A stretch of 48,023 nucleotides of DNA from an uncultured Candidatus Saccharibacteria bacterium (GCA_964361095.1 CAYHZA010000005.1:19080-67102); one strand, 5' to 3'; positions 29,520-39,834 are shown, counted from the first letter of the stretch. Program-made: numbers and translations. Notes: generated from the letters alone by a model not told the origin.

Positions 29520-29989
29520 TCTATTTTTTTAATCTTCACGTCCCGCAAAAGATAGAGAAGTCCCGCGAGGATGATAGTTGCGGTAACGGCGAATTGCGCG
29601 AGTCCGATGCCGCAGAGAATCCCGATCGCCGCGGCGACCCAAATCAATGCCGCGGTGGTTACTCCGTGCGCGTGTTCTTGATTTTTAATGATAATTCCTC
29701 CGCCCAAGAAACCGATGCCGACAACGATATTCGCGATGACACCCAGGAAGCCGCTGTTTCGCGCAATGATTTCCGGGATTTGTTCCGGCGAGGTGCTTAT
29801 GATGTAGGGGAGAAGAATTGCGATCATCGAAAATATCGCCGCTCCGGCCGAGACGAGCATCGTCGTTCGGATTCCAGCTTCTTTTTTCCCCACTGCTTCC
29901 CGCTCAATACCGATCAAAGCCCCCAAGAGAAGGGCCAAAGCAAGCCGCAAAACCATTTGTGAAAAGTCGAGCATGTACGTTATACTCAT
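29516..29989 (-). CDS. MgtC/SapB family membrane protein
   Basis: LIGIERE, AGIRT, GIGFLGGGII, GVTTAALIWV. The start may be the ATG at 29974. Confidence 0.92.
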   Translation of the reverse strand: MSITYMLDFSQMVLRLALALLLGALIGIEREAVGKKEAGIRTTMLVSAGAAIFSMIAILLPYIISTSPEQIPEIIARNSGFLGVIANIVVGIGFLGGGIIIKNQEHAHGVTTAALIWVAAAIGILCGIGLAQFAVTATIILAGLLYLLRDVKIKKID

Positions 29990-30006
29990 TGTACCATATC
30001 AAAATT

Positions 30007-31452
30007 ATGAGCGAGCGAAATGTAACCGGTAATATTTCACGACTTGAAGGAGATGAGGTGACATTGTGCGGATGGGTGCATGCCCGCCGCGATCACGGCA
30101 AAATTATTTTTATAGACCTACGCGACCGCGAGGGATTGGTGCAGGTTGTTCTTACTTCCGCGATCGAAGGAGCGGCGGATTTGCGTTTGGAATTCGTCGT
30201 CAAAATCAAAGGTTTGGTCAAAAAACGCCCCGCGTCAATGGTGAACGAGAAGTTGCCGAACGGGCATGTTGAGGTGGAGGCGAAGACGCTCGAGATTCTT
30301 AACGTGTCCCGCGAGTTGCCGATTCCGGTTGATACGGACGGTACGGAAATCAGCGAAGAGGTGCGTATGAAGTATCGTTACCTTGACTTGCGGCGCGAGC
30401 GTCTCAAAAAAAATCTTATCGTTCGCCACAATGTAATCTGGTATATGCGGGATTTTTTGAGCAACAAAGGATTCATTGAAATTGAAACTCCGATACTGAC
30501 AAAATCGACTCCCGAGGGGGCCCGGGATTATCTTGTTCCCTCGCGCATCCAAAAAGGAGATTTTTACGCGCTCCCGCAGTCGCCCCAACAGTACAAACAG
30601 CTCCTGATGGTCGCGGGTATGGAGAAGTATTTCCAGGTTGCGCGTTGTTTTCGAGACGAAGACACCCGCGGCGACCGCCAACCGGAATTTACCCAGCTCG
30701 ATATCGAGATGAGTTTTATAACACAGGAAGAGATCTTGAATCTTGTTGAAGAGTTGTTTTTGGGAATGGTCACGAAACTTTTTCCCGAAAAGCACGTGAG
30801 CGGTTTAGTGGACGGAAGAATTCCGCGGATGAAGTACAAGGACGCGATGGCAAAATACGGTTCCGACAAGCCGGATCTTCGAGAGGATAAAACCGATCCT
30901 CACGAGCTTGCGTTCGTACTGATAACCGATTTCCCGATGTTCGAGAAAAAGGACGACGGAACGCTTGGCGCCGTGCATCATCCGTTTACGCTTCCTACGA
31001 CCGATACTTCGATTGATCCCTCCCTTTTAAATCGCGAGACCGAAGAGTACAAAAAAGTAATGGAAATGCTCGAATCGGAAGAGAAATCGCTTGAGCTCTT
31101 GGCGTATCAGTACGACCTTGTGTTGAATGGATACGAAATCGGCGGCGGCTCGATTAGAACGTACGACTCGGAACTTCTTGCCAAGGTGTTTGAGCGGTTG
31201 GGCAATAAACGCAAGGATATCGAAGAAAAATTTGGGCACATATTAAGCGCGTTTCAGTATGGCGTGCCCCCGCACGGAGGCATTGCGCCCGGCATCGATA
31301 GATTTATAATGATTCTCCAGAACGAACCGAACATCCGCGAGGTCATCGCGTTTCCGAAGACGGGCGACGGCCGCGATCCGATGATGGGAGCGCCGAGTCC
31401 GGTTGACCCGAAACAGCTTGATGAGTTAGGATTGAGTATAAAGAAAAAATAA
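30007..31452 (+). CDS. aspS: Aspartate--tRNA ligase (GAD insert largely absent; probably non-discriminating)
   Basis: Start reassigned to MSERN. GWVHARRDHG, KSTPEGARDY, LPQSPQQYKQLLM, RQPEFTQLD, PPHGGIAPGIDR. Confidence 0.96.
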   Translation: MSERNVTGNISRLEGDEVTLCGWVHARRDHGKIIFIDLRDREGLVQVVLTSAIEGAADLRLEFVVKIKGLVKKRPASMVNEKLPNGHVEVEAKTLEILNVSRELPIPVDTDGTEISEEVRMKYRYLDLRRERLKKNLIVRHNVIWYMRDFLSNKGFIEIETPILTKSTPEGARDYLVPSRIQKGDFYALPQSPQQYKQLLMVAGMEKYFQVARCFRDEDTRGDRQPEFTQLDIEMSFITQEEILNLVEELFLGMVTKLFPEKHVSGLVDGRIPRMKYKDAMAKYGSDKPDLREDKTDPHELAFVLITDFPMFEKKDDGTLGAVHHPFTLPTTDTSIDPSLLNRETEEYKKVMEMLESEEKSLELLAYQYDLVLNGYEIGGGSIRTYDSELLAKVFERLGNKRKDIEEKFGHILSAFQYGVPPHGGIAPGIDRFIMILQNEPNIREVIAFPKTGDGRDPMMGAPSPVDPKQLDELGLSIKKK

Positions 31453-31453
31453 A

Positions 31454-31951
31454 ATGACCGAAAGAACTTTAATTTTATTGAAACCCGACGCGCTTGAGCG
31501 CGGTATTACGGGTGAGATTATGACCAGATTCGAACGAGTCGGGGCAAAGATTATTGGGCTCAAACTTCTTGTTTCTGAAAAAGACACCGCGGGCGAGCAT
31601 TACACCGACGATCTCGCGAAAAGGCGCGGAGAGAAAGTTCGCGAGCTTATGATCTCAATGCTTACTTCGGGTCCCATTATCGCTCTCGCTCTTCAGGGAG
31701 TCGAAATTGTTGATGTTGTTCGAAAAATGGTTGGCGCGACGGAACCGAAGAGTGCTTTGCCGGGAACGATCCGCGGTGATTATGCCCACGTTTCTTTCAA
31801 GCACGCTGACGAGCATGGCATTGGAGTTTTTAATTTGATCCATGCCTCCGGCAGCAAAGAAGAAGCAGAAGCTGAGATCAAAATATGGTTCAAGCCCGAG
31901 GAGTTGATCTCTCACGCGCCCCTCTATACCAAATTTACGATTAAGGAATAA
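31454..31951 (+). CDS. ndk: Nucleoside diphosphate kinase
   Basis: ERTLILLKPDA, PGTIRGD, NLIHAS. Confidence 0.95.
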   Translation: MTERTLILLKPDALERGITGEIMTRFERVGAKIIGLKLLVSEKDTAGEHYTDDLAKRRGEKVRELMISMLTSGPIIALALQGVEIVDVVRKMVGATEPKSALPGTIRGDYAHVSFKHADEHGIGVFNLIHASGSKEEAEAEIKIWFKPEELISHAPLYTKFTIKE

Positions 31952-31961
31952 TTACTCCTGC

Positions 31962-32687
31962 TTACGGAGTTTGTTTCTGAAAAGCTTTTACGATCGGCTC
32001 CATTTCGCCGTCCATTATTTTCTCTATATTGCCCCACTTTTTTCCGATGCGGTGATCGGTGATTCTGTCTTGAGGGAAATTATACGTTCTTATTTTTTCC
32101 GAACGGTCGTTCGTGCCTATCTGTTCGCGTCGCGTGGCGCCTCGTTCCGCCGCCGCGCCTTTGATGTTCGCCTCGTAAAGTTTCGCGCGCAAGACATCCA
32201 TCGCTTTTTCGCGGTTCGAATGCTGTGAGCGTTCGGATCGCGATCCAACGACGATGCCCGTCGGCTTGTGGAGAATGCGCACCGCGGTTTCAACTTTGTT
32301 CACGTTCTGCCCGCCGGGACCTCCGGCGCGCGAAAAAGTAACCTCAAGATCCCGATCGTTGATTTGCACTTCTTTGGCTTCAATTTCGGGCATGATGGCA
32401 ACGGAAGCCGTTGACGTATGTACTCTGCCGGCTTTTTCCGTCTTCGGAATGCGCTGTACGCGATGGACTCCCGATTCGTTTTTAAGAGTATCAAACACCC
32501 CTTCTCCCGCTATTTCCGCGACGAGCGTTTTGTAGCCGTCGAGCGTTGTTTGGTTAGAGTCGAGGATCGAAAATCCCCAGCCGCGTTTTCCGGCATATCG
32601 CTGATACATGCGCGCGAGATCTCCCGCGAAAATCGCGGCTTCGTCGCCACCCGCTCCCGCCCTTATTTCCAAGATGACTTTATTCAT
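31962..32687 (-). CDS. prfA: Peptide chain release factor 1-like protein lacking N-terminal domain 1
   Basis: [22 protein letters not shown] (PxT), [26 protein letters not shown]. Confidence 0.85.
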   Translation of the reverse strand: MNKVILEIRAGAGGDEAAIFAGDLARMYQRYAGKRGWGFSILDSNQTTLDGYKTLVAEIAGEGVFDTLKNESGVHRVQRIPKTEKAGRVHTSTASVAIMPEIEAKEVQINDRDLEVTFSRAGGPGGQNVNKVETAVRILHKPTGIVVGSRSERSQHSNREKAMDVLRAKLYEANIKGAAAERGATRREQIGTNDRSEKIRTYNFPQDRITDHRIGKKWGNIEKIMDGEMEPIVKAFQKQTP

Positions 32688-32767
32688 ATCAGTTCACGCA
32701 CGCCCGTATCTTAAAAAGAAGCTTTTCGGGCGTATTTTCCTTTTGGGACAAATATTGTATCATAAGA

Positions 32768-33160
32768 GTGATGAACAAGCCACCGCTTATTTTAATTGTT
32801 GACGACGAGCCGGATTTTCGCGAGATTTTTTCGGCAAAACTTTCTTCCGAGGGATTCAATGTGGATACCGCGAACGATGGCGAAGAGGGAATTCAAAAGG
32901 CGAAAAAATTACGTCCGGACTTGGTGCTTATGGATGTCCAAATGCCGGGCATAAGCGGTGTTGAGGCTTTGATACGGATTAAAGAAGACCCGAAACTGGA
33001 AGATATCCCGATACTTTTTCTGACCGCCTTGGGAGATCCGCGGGCGGAACTTCAGGAGATCAATCGGCGTCTCTCAAGAGAGCTTGGAGCGGTAGGGTAT
33101 GTAAAAAAGACCGAAGATTTGAATGTGCTCGTCGAGTATATTAGAAATTTTCTGCAATGA
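32768..33160 (+). CDS. Single-domain response regulator (receiver only)
   Basis: ILIVDDE, PDLVLMDVQMP, FLT, K. Confidence 0.9.
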   Translation: MMNKPPLILIVDDEPDFREIFSAKLSSEGFNVDTANDGEEGIQKAKKLRPDLVLMDVQMPGISGVEALIRIKEDPKLEDIPILFLTALGDPRAELQEINRRLSRELGAVGYVKKTEDLNVLVEYIRNFLQ

Positions 33161-33570
33161 GCGAAACGCAGAAACGGGAAAAACAGGTTATCCTCATCGT
33201 TGACGATGAAGAGAATTTTCGTGAAATTATGTCCGCGAAACTGAACGCGGTGGGATTTGACGCGGCAACGGCGGCGAATTGGAAAGAAGCCATAAAAAAT
33301 GCGCGCGAATTGACCCCCGACCTTATTCTTATGGATATCCACATGCCCGACGCGACGGGCACGGATCTCGCGCTCGCCATTAAACAAGACCCCGCGACGA
33401 AAGATATCAAGATCGCATTTCTGACGAGCCTTAAGGATCCCTGGCCGGCGATGACAGGGGATCGCGAGCGCGTCGCGAAAGAGCTGGGCATGGAAGATTT
33501 TTTGGACAAGACCGAGGATCTCGACGTGACGGTGGAAAAGATAAAAGCTATTCTTGCCCGTCCGCGATAA
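33157..33570 (+). CDS. Single-domain response regulator (receiver only)
   Basis: ILIVDDE, PDLILMDIHMP, FLTS, K. Confidence 0.9.
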   Translation: MSETQKREKQVILIVDDEENFREIMSAKLNAVGFDAATAANWKEAIKNARELTPDLILMDIHMPDATGTDLALAIKQDPATKDIKIAFLTSLKDPWPAMTGDRERVAKELGMEDFLDKTEDLDVTVEKIKAILARPR

Positions 33571-33595
33571 CGCTCCGCGCCAAAAAATAATTTCG

Positions 33596-33919
33596 ATGAA
33601 TGTTTTAACGAAAAAATTTCAAAAACGCACGGAAGATTTTATCTGCGAACATTGCGGTGAAAAGATTTTTGGCAACGGCTACACGAACCACTGTCCGCAG
33701 TGCCTCTGGAGCAAACACGTGGACATATATCCAGGTGATCGCGCGAATGCGTGCGAAGGGCTTATGGAGCCGATTAGTTTTGAGCTCAAAAACGGAAAGA
33801 CGGTAATCCACTTTGTGTGTAGCCGTTGCGGGATAAAAAAAGTTAATAAGACCGCGAAGAACGATAATCCGTCCCTTGTCGCGGAACTTTCAAGTCGGCC
33901 GTTTACTACATCAAAATAA
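33596..33919 (+). CDS. RNHCP domain protein
   Basis: FICEHCG, YTNHCPQCLWSKHVD..PGDRA..C.GLMEP, CSRCG. Confidence 0.88.
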   Translation: MNVLTKKFQKRTEDFICEHCGEKIFGNGYTNHCPQCLWSKHVDIYPGDRANACEGLMEPISFELKNGKTVIHFVCSRCGIKKVNKTAKNDNPSLVAELSSRPFTTSK

Positions 33920-33922
33920 ACC

Positions 33923-34972
33923 ATGAAAGGAATAACGGAATTTCGGGAATTTGATGATCATGAACTGCTCACTTGTTTCAGCGACAAGAAGAGCGGTCTA
34001 CGCGGATTTATCGCCATTCATAATACGAACTTGGGTCCGGCAACGGGAGGAACCCGTTATTGGCACTATCGTTCCGAACGCGATGCCTTGCACGACGTGT
34101 TGCGTCTCTCCAAGGCGATGACCTATAAGTGCGCGCTTGCCCGTGTGCCGCACGGCGGCGGGAAGGGGGTGATTATGGCAAATTCGAATCATCATTCAAA
34201 AAAAGAATTTCTGGAAGCATACGCGAAGCGAATCAATTTATTGAACGGGAGTTTCTATACGGGAGAAGATGTCGGGCTTACAAAAGAATACGTAGAAACA
34301 TTGGCGCGGCATTCGCGTTTTATTATTGGCCGAGAGCGCTTTGCCGGAAATCCAAGTCCGTGGGCGGCAAAAGGAGTTTTCTACGCGATGGAAGCCGCGC
34401 TTGAGGCGGTGTTCGGATCTCCGGAGATTCAAGGGCATACGTTTGCGATTCGTGGAGTAGGGAAAGTGGGAGAAATGCTATGCAATCTTCTCTATGATCG
34501 AGGGGGCGAAATAACCATTGCCGATATTAATAGCGATAGGATAAAATCGGTAAAAAGAAAATTTCCCCGAGTTTCCGTGGTAAGTCCCGCTGAAATTCAC
34601 AAACAACGGGTCGATGTGTACGCTCCCTGCGCACTAGGAGATGAATTCAACAAAAAAACGATTCCCCAACTCCGTTCGCAGATCATTTGCGGAGGAGCGA
34701 ATAACCAGCTTAGCTCTTCGGAAGACGGGAATCGCCTGCATAGCTGGGGAATACTCTATATTCCCGACTATTTGGCAAACGCGGGCGGTCTTATTAATGT
34801 GGTCGCGGAGATTGATTCGGGGGGTTACAGCCGGCGCAAAGTTGAAAGAAAAGTAAAAGGCATTAAAAATATGGCAAAGAAAATCATTGAACTTTCCGTA
34901 AAAAAGAATCAGCCTACGAGCGAAGTTGCGGATCGTTTGGCGGAGGAGATATTTTTAAAAAAGAAGCCGTAA
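33923..34972 (+). CDS. Leu/Phe/Val dehydrogenase family protein
   Basis: IAIHNT.LGPA.GGTR, MTYK, GGGKGVI, TGEDVG, GVGKVG, GGANNQL, PDYLANAGGLI. Confidence 0.92.
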   Translation: MKGITEFREFDDHELLTCFSDKKSGLRGFIAIHNTNLGPATGGTRYWHYRSERDALHDVLRLSKAMTYKCALARVPHGGGKGVIMANSNHHSKKEFLEAYAKRINLLNGSFYTGEDVGLTKEYVETLARHSRFIIGRERFAGNPSPWAAKGVFYAMEAALEAVFGSPEIQGHTFAIRGVGKVGEMLCNLLYDRGGEITIADINSDRIKSVKRKFPRVSVVSPAEIHKQRVDVYAPCALGDEFNKKTIPQLRSQIICGGANNQLSSSEDGNRLHSWGILYIPDYLANAGGLINVVAEIDSGGYSRRKVERKVKGIKNMAKKIIELSVKKNQPTSEVADRLAEEIFLKKKP

Positions 34973-34985
34973 GATTTGATTGTAA

Positions 34986-35555
34986 ATGTACAAGGATCGA
35001 AAGAAAATTAAGAAAAAGATTGTTGTTGATAATAAATGGCTGACTGTTTGGAAGGAAGCGGTACAATTGCCAAATGGCAAAGTGATACCGGATTACTATT
35101 TTGTTAAGAGATCTGATGTTGTGATAATAGTTCCCGTGTTTAATCAGAAAAAGGTATTGGTTCTTCGACAGTGGAGGCCGGTGCCGAAGAATTATATATA
35201 TAATTTACCCATGGGGCTTTTGGAAAAAAACGAAAGCTCACCTCGTAAGAGCGCCGAGAGGGAATTATATGAAGAAACAGGATTGCTACCAAAAAAAATG
35301 ATAGAACTGGGAAAATTTTGGAGAGCTCCGGCGTATTTAACGACAAAAGTCCATATATTTTTAGCTCTCTGTGGCCACAGTGGTGGTCCAAGAAAGAACA
35401 ACGTCGATAATTCCGAGATTTTTGAGAAAAAAATTTTTAGTTTTGACGAAGCGAGGAAAAAAATAACAGATTTAAGCTCTTTAGCTGCTCTTCTTCTCGC
35501 GGAAAGGATAATAAAAAAACTCCCCAGTAGACGTACTACTCGGGAGGGAAAATAG
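34986..35555 (+). CDS. NUDIX hydrolase (ADP-ribose pyrophosphatase-like)
   Basis: GLLEKNESSPRKSAERELYEETGL Nudix box; RQWR. Confidence 0.85.
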   Translation: MYKDRKKIKKKIVVDNKWLTVWKEAVQLPNGKVIPDYYFVKRSDVVIIVPVFNQKKVLVLRQWRPVPKNYIYNLPMGLLEKNESSPRKSAERELYEETGLLPKKMIELGKFWRAPAYLTTKVHIFLALCGHSGGPRKNNVDNSEIFEKKIFSFDEARKKITDLSSLAALLLAERIIKKLPSRRTTREGK

Positions 35556-36243
35556 TTTCATACAGCTTGACTGTCCGTGGGCAGTAAGATGGATCGTTTT
35601 TATGGAGACACTGCATCCATTGATAAAGGATTCTTAAGTCGTTGGCGGTGTCAATGTCAAATAACATGTTGGCGCACCGCCATCTTATTTTTTGGTTCCG
35701 CAGACGGTTGAGGATTTTAGTCAATGCATCTGATTTCTGAGATTCTATGCCTGACCAAATATCCACTGGCTTCTTAGAACCATAGGGGCACATGCCTCCA
35801 TCCATAGTTGGATGGAAAACAAAGTCTACTCGGCTTAGTAGTTGAAGTAACGAAAGATACTGCGAGGGGGTATAGTAGGGGATATCTGATGCACACTGAA
35901 CGACACATTGGAAACGAGGCAAAAGAATTTCCCATACATCACGTACGCTTGCCGCGTGACCTTCATGTCTATCGATGTGGAACTCGATACGTGAAGTTTC
36001 TACTGTTTCTTTCTCCAAAATCTCGCGATAGTCATCTGCGCTTGCGTCGCGCGAACCAACTACGATCGTCGGTATATCTTTTCTTTTGGAAAACTTATCA
36101 ACCAGATCTGCAAACATCGCTATAGAAAAGAGTCTGCTGTTTTCCATTCCCATTGCAGAACCGAGGCGAGTTTTCACTTGACCGGTTTGAGGGTACCTTA
36201 ACCGCACAACGAAACATCCCATTTCTTTTTTCTCTCGAGGCAT
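35536..36243 (-). CDS. DUF2064/CofC-like nucleotide-diphospho-sugar transferase fold protein
   Basis: P..GQVKTRL, SDIP, PTMDGG, DIDTANDL. Confidence 0.75.
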   Translation of the reverse strand: MPREKKEMGCFVVRLRYPQTGQVKTRLGSAMGMENSRLFSIAMFADLVDKFSKRKDIPTIVVGSRDASADDYREILEKETVETSRIEFHIDRHEGHAASVRDVWEILLPRFQCVVQCASDIPYYTPSQYLSLLQLLSRVDFVFHPTMDGGMCPYGSKKPVDIWSGIESQKSDALTKILNRLRNQKIRWRCANMLFDIDTANDLRILYQWMQCLHKNDPSYCPRTVKLYETIFPPE

Positions 36244-36409
36244 CTATCATTCCTCCCTTTACTGAAGCCGTGATAGTTGTCTTTCAAATGTTGCTTTTTA
36301 GAATTTCTCATTTTTTGAACATAAAATCAAGTATCTTTCTTCTGTATGTAGGAAAGTTAGTAAATTTGCTACAATAAGCATATAAGAGCGCGATTCAGAA
36401 GAGAAAGAC

Positions 36410-37915
36410 ATGGAACAATTCAAGTATTCAGCGGAACAAATTCTAAACTTCATTCGCACCAAGAAGGATGCGTTTTGGAGTCGCGAACGTGAAGCACGAC
36501 CGCTTAAATTGTTTCATGAAGCCGCTCGCCGCGTGCCGGCGTATAAGGATTTTTTAAAGAAAAACAAAGTAAATCCGGCAAAGATTAAAACGTTCAAGGA
36601 TTTCCAATTCGTTCCGCCGATTAGTAAGAAAAATTATCTGCGGCAGTATCCTTTGGAAAAACTGGTATGGGACGGAACGCTCAAAAAGCCCTTGGTTTTT
36701 ACTTCTACCTCGGGCTCCACGGGTGAGCCCTTCTATTTTCCGAGAAGCGAAAAATTGGACTGGGAGTATTCTATTTTAGCGGAGCTGTTTCTGGGAAATT
36801 CTTCTCTTAAAAAAACCGGACCGACACTGGTTATCGTCGGGCTGGGAATGGGTGCGTGGATTGGAGGGCTTATTACATATAAAGCGTTTGAAATCGCAAG
36901 CGGGCGTGGAAATTTTCCGATTTCTATTATTACCCCCGGAATTAATAAAGGTGAAATATTTCATGCCTTGAGGCAGTTGTCTCCGCATTACCAGCAGACA
37001 ATTTTAATCGGGTACCCTCCGTTTATTAAAGACATTATCGATGAAGCTGTTAGCGAGGAAAAAATTAATTTAAAAAAACTGAATTTAAGGATTGTAACCG
37101 CCGCTGAAGCATTTACCGAAAAATTCCGGGATTATTTAATCAATAAGACAGGGATTAAAAGTCCGTACTTAGATACATTGAACATTTATGGCACTGCCGA
37201 TATCGGTGCAATGGCATGGGAAACACCCTCTGCCATCCTTATTCGTCGGCTTGCGCTTAAAGATCAAAAAATATTCCGCGAAATATTTTCACCCATTTCA
37301 AAAACTCCAACACTTGCTCAATACAATTCATTTTTTATCACTTTCGAGGCGCCAAATGGGGAGATTCTTCTGAGCGGCAATAACACCATTCCTTTGGTGC
37401 GCTATGCGATAGGGGATCATGGTGGAGTTTTTGATTTTGGAGACGTTATCCAGAAATTAAGCAAGCATGGAGTTGATATTAAGCAAGAAATCAAAAAAGC
37501 TGGGATTGTGCGGGGCGTATATGAATTGCCCTATGTGTATGTGTATGAGCGCGCCGATTTTTCTACCAAACTATACGGCGCGATAATCTATCCGGAGCAT
37601 ATTCGAGAAGGACTCAGTCATCCATCGATTGAAAACATGATGACTGGGAAGTTTACAATGCTTACGCAGTTCGATAAACATCACAACGAATATTTAGAGA
37701 TTCACTTTGAGCTAAGGCCGAAAAATAAGCCTTCCCATAAATTGAGCAAAATACTGGAGGACATCGTTGTCGAAAGCTTACTACAGCATAATGCCGAATA
37801 TAGGAACAACTACAGTTCTATGCCGCATCGAGTCCGCCCACGGATTATTTTGTGGAATTACGAGCATCCGCTTCATTTTAAAAAAGGTATCAAGCAAAAA
37901 TGGGTTAAAAAATAA
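36410..37915 (+). CDS. Phenylacetate-CoA ligase/CoF390 synthetase-like adenylating enzyme
   Basis: RVPAY, STSGSTGEP, GYPPF, YGTAD, PLVRYAIGD. Confidence 0.88.
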   Translation: MEQFKYSAEQILNFIRTKKDAFWSREREARPLKLFHEAARRVPAYKDFLKKNKVNPAKIKTFKDFQFVPPISKKNYLRQYPLEKLVWDGTLKKPLVFTSTSGSTGEPFYFPRSEKLDWEYSILAELFLGNSSLKKTGPTLVIVGLGMGAWIGGLITYKAFEIASGRGNFPISIITPGINKGEIFHALRQLSPHYQQTILIGYPPFIKDIIDEAVSEEKINLKKLNLRIVTAAEAFTEKFRDYLINKTGIKSPYLDTLNIYGTADIGAMAWETPSAILIRRLALKDQKIFREIFSPISKTPTLAQYNSFFITFEAPNGEILLSGNNTIPLVRYAIGDHGGVFDFGDVIQKLSKHGVDIKQEIKKAGIVRGVYELPYVYVYERADFSTKLYGAIIYPEHIREGLSHPSIENMMTGKFTMLTQFDKHHNEYLEIHFELRPKNKPSHKLSKILEDIVVESLLQHNAEYRNNYSSMPHRVRPRIILWNYEHPLHFKKGIKQKWVKK

Positions 37916-37921
37916 ACCGAT

Positions 37922-39130
37922 ATGAAAAATGCAATTGACAAAGTATTAGAAAGAATAATCGCGCAGAAATCAAAAGTTGTAGCGGAATCGAAGCCACTCA
38001 TTTTGGACTTAAGTAAAACAAAAGACAAGCATACGATATCGAAGTTATTATCTAGCAGAAAGGTTCAACAAGTTATTGATGATTATAAGGAACAGTTGCA
38101 TGAGCTTTTTGCCGTTAAAAATCCAACATTGGTTTACGCTCAAAATTTCGCCGATAAGTTTGCCGAATATTTTAGTAATTTAGAGAAGCAAAAGCCGCTG
38201 TCGGAATACGGTCGTTGGGTTTATTTCCCGTGGCTTGGCGTAGTAACTCATATTTTAGAAGATAAGGATTTCCAATTAGTGAGAACGGCCCGGAATAAAA
38301 ATCTTATTACCAAAGAAGAGCAAGAAAGGTTTTACAATGCCGTAATCGGCATAGGCGGATTAAGCGTAGGCAATAGCGTCGCAATGGCGATTGTTTTACA
38401 AGGCGGAGGAAGGCATATTCGGCTTGCGGATTTTGATCGTCTTGCGCTTTCGAATACGAATAGAGTTAATGCCGGTATCCAAAATCTGGGACTTTTGAAG
38501 GTTGAAATAACGGCACGTCAGATATACACCTTGAATCCTTATGCGAAAGTTGAACTTTTTACGGAAGGATTAACCACAAAAAACATAAGAAAATTTTTTG
38601 TCGGTCCGCCCAAGTTGGATATTGTCGTGGATGAATTGGATAATATCGCGATTAAATTTCTTATTCGAGAAGAGGCAAAGCGCCATCGTTTAGCAGTTGT
38701 TATGGCTGCTGATAATGGAGATAATGCGGTGGTCGACATTGAGAGATACGATAAAAATCCGAAGCAGAAGTTTTTTCATGGGCGGCTGGGTAATGTAAAT
38801 TATAAGGGATTAACAGGTTTAGATAAGTTTGGAATCGGAAAAACTATCACAAAACATATTGGTCCGGAGAACGTAACCGAGCGGATGAAAGAGTCGCTTT
38901 TGGAAATGGGGAAAACAATTGTTTCATGGCCGCAACTTGGGGGAGCCGCGCTACTTAATGGTTCGGCGGTTGCCTATTGCGTCCGCAAGATTCTCAATGG
39001 ACAGCAGATTGAAAGCAATCGTGCGATTATCTCTTTGGACGAGCAGTTGCTACCGACGTATCATTCGTCCATCGAAAAAAAGAAACGCCTGAAGGCGGTT
39101 AACACATTCAAGAAAGTTTTTGGGTTATAG
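37922..39130 (+). CDS. ThiF family adenylyltransferase (Rv1355c/MoeY N-terminal-like)
   Basis: RWVYFPW, RTARN, IGGLSVG, LADFDRLALSNTNR, VVDELD, SWPQLG. Confidence 0.85.
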   Translation: MKNAIDKVLERIIAQKSKVVAESKPLILDLSKTKDKHTISKLLSSRKVQQVIDDYKEQLHELFAVKNPTLVYAQNFADKFAEYFSNLEKQKPLSEYGRWVYFPWLGVVTHILEDKDFQLVRTARNKNLITKEEQERFYNAVIGIGGLSVGNSVAMAIVLQGGGRHIRLADFDRLALSNTNRVNAGIQNLGLLKVEITARQIYTLNPYAKVELFTEGLTTKNIRKFFVGPPKLDIVVDELDNIAIKFLIREEAKRHRLAVVMAADNGDNAVVDIERYDKNPKQKFFHGRLGNVNYKGLTGLDKFGIGKTITKHIGPENVTERMKESLLEMGKTIVSWPQLGGAALLNGSAVAYCVRKILNGQQIESNRAIISLDEQLLPTYHSSIEKKKRLKAVNTFKKVFGL

Positions 39131-39333
39131 ATGAATCGAAATTATCGGCGCAAGTGGTTCTCAAGAAAGATTGCGTTTTTAAAGTTTGTAAGAAAGATGA
39201 TGAAACGATAATAGAAGCGTCGTGAGTGCTATTTGACGCTTTTATGACAGTCTAAGCTTTTTCTTCTTGGTTTTTTATTCTTTTTTGTATATAAAAATGC
39301 GACCTCGTAGTATAAGTATTACTCAGTCGCATT

Positions 39334-39834
39334 TTACTTCTTGTTTTCCTTTCGATTGCGCTCCTCGATCCGTTTTCTTGTTTCTTCGAGTGGTCGCACG
39401 TGCCATCGTGAACGTTCTTCGTCGGTTATCGAGGGGTCAACTTCATGAAGATGCCACAGTCCATCCAGAGTATCTCGTCTCATCTGCGTTCCATAAAGCT
39501 GTGGCTTTCCTTGAGACATAAGTGCTCGATCTTTTGCGGCTGCAGCAAGCCATAGCGGATCAACCTCATCCTTTTCTGGTCGATATCCCATTTCTGCGGC
39601 TTTTTTTGCGAGCTCGTGTGATTTTTCATAATGTTCCGTGGTTTTACCGTGGATGAGTATCAATGCAGCACGAAGATGGTCTGCGGGTGTGCGTATTGCC
39701 CTGGCATTAAGAAGATCCAGGATGCGCGTGAGGCGTTGTTCATCTCTTTGGGCAAAAAGTTGACTGTTCTTTTCGAAGAGTTTTTCGTGTCTGTCATGCT
39801 GGTCTTCGAGGTATAGTCTTTTAAGTTCGTCCAT
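39334..39834 (-). CDS. DUF6624-like hypothetical protein
   Basis: EDQHDR, AALILIHG, AAAKDR....GKPQLYGTQ. Confidence 0.7.
   Translation of the reverse strand: MDELKRLYLEDQHDRHEKLFEKNSQLFAQRDEQRLTRILDLLNARAIRTPADHLRAALILIHGKTTEHYEKSHELAKKAAEMGYRPEKDEVDPLWLAAAAKDRALMSQGKPQLYGTQMRRDTLDGLWHLHEVDPSITDEERSRWHVRPLEETRKRIEERNRKENKK

Noticed and set aside
29818-30006. Long N-terminal extensions in the ORF track (aspS; likewise dnaX to 4896, oxidoreductase to 21405, proS from 9662, AbiEii from 45291)
   Set aside because: They overlap neighbouring genes or repeats, and conserved family sequence starts at downstream ATGs.
4949-30869. Many antisense ORFs of 60-260 aa
   Set aside because: They are shadows of well-supported genes and have no motifs or start signals.
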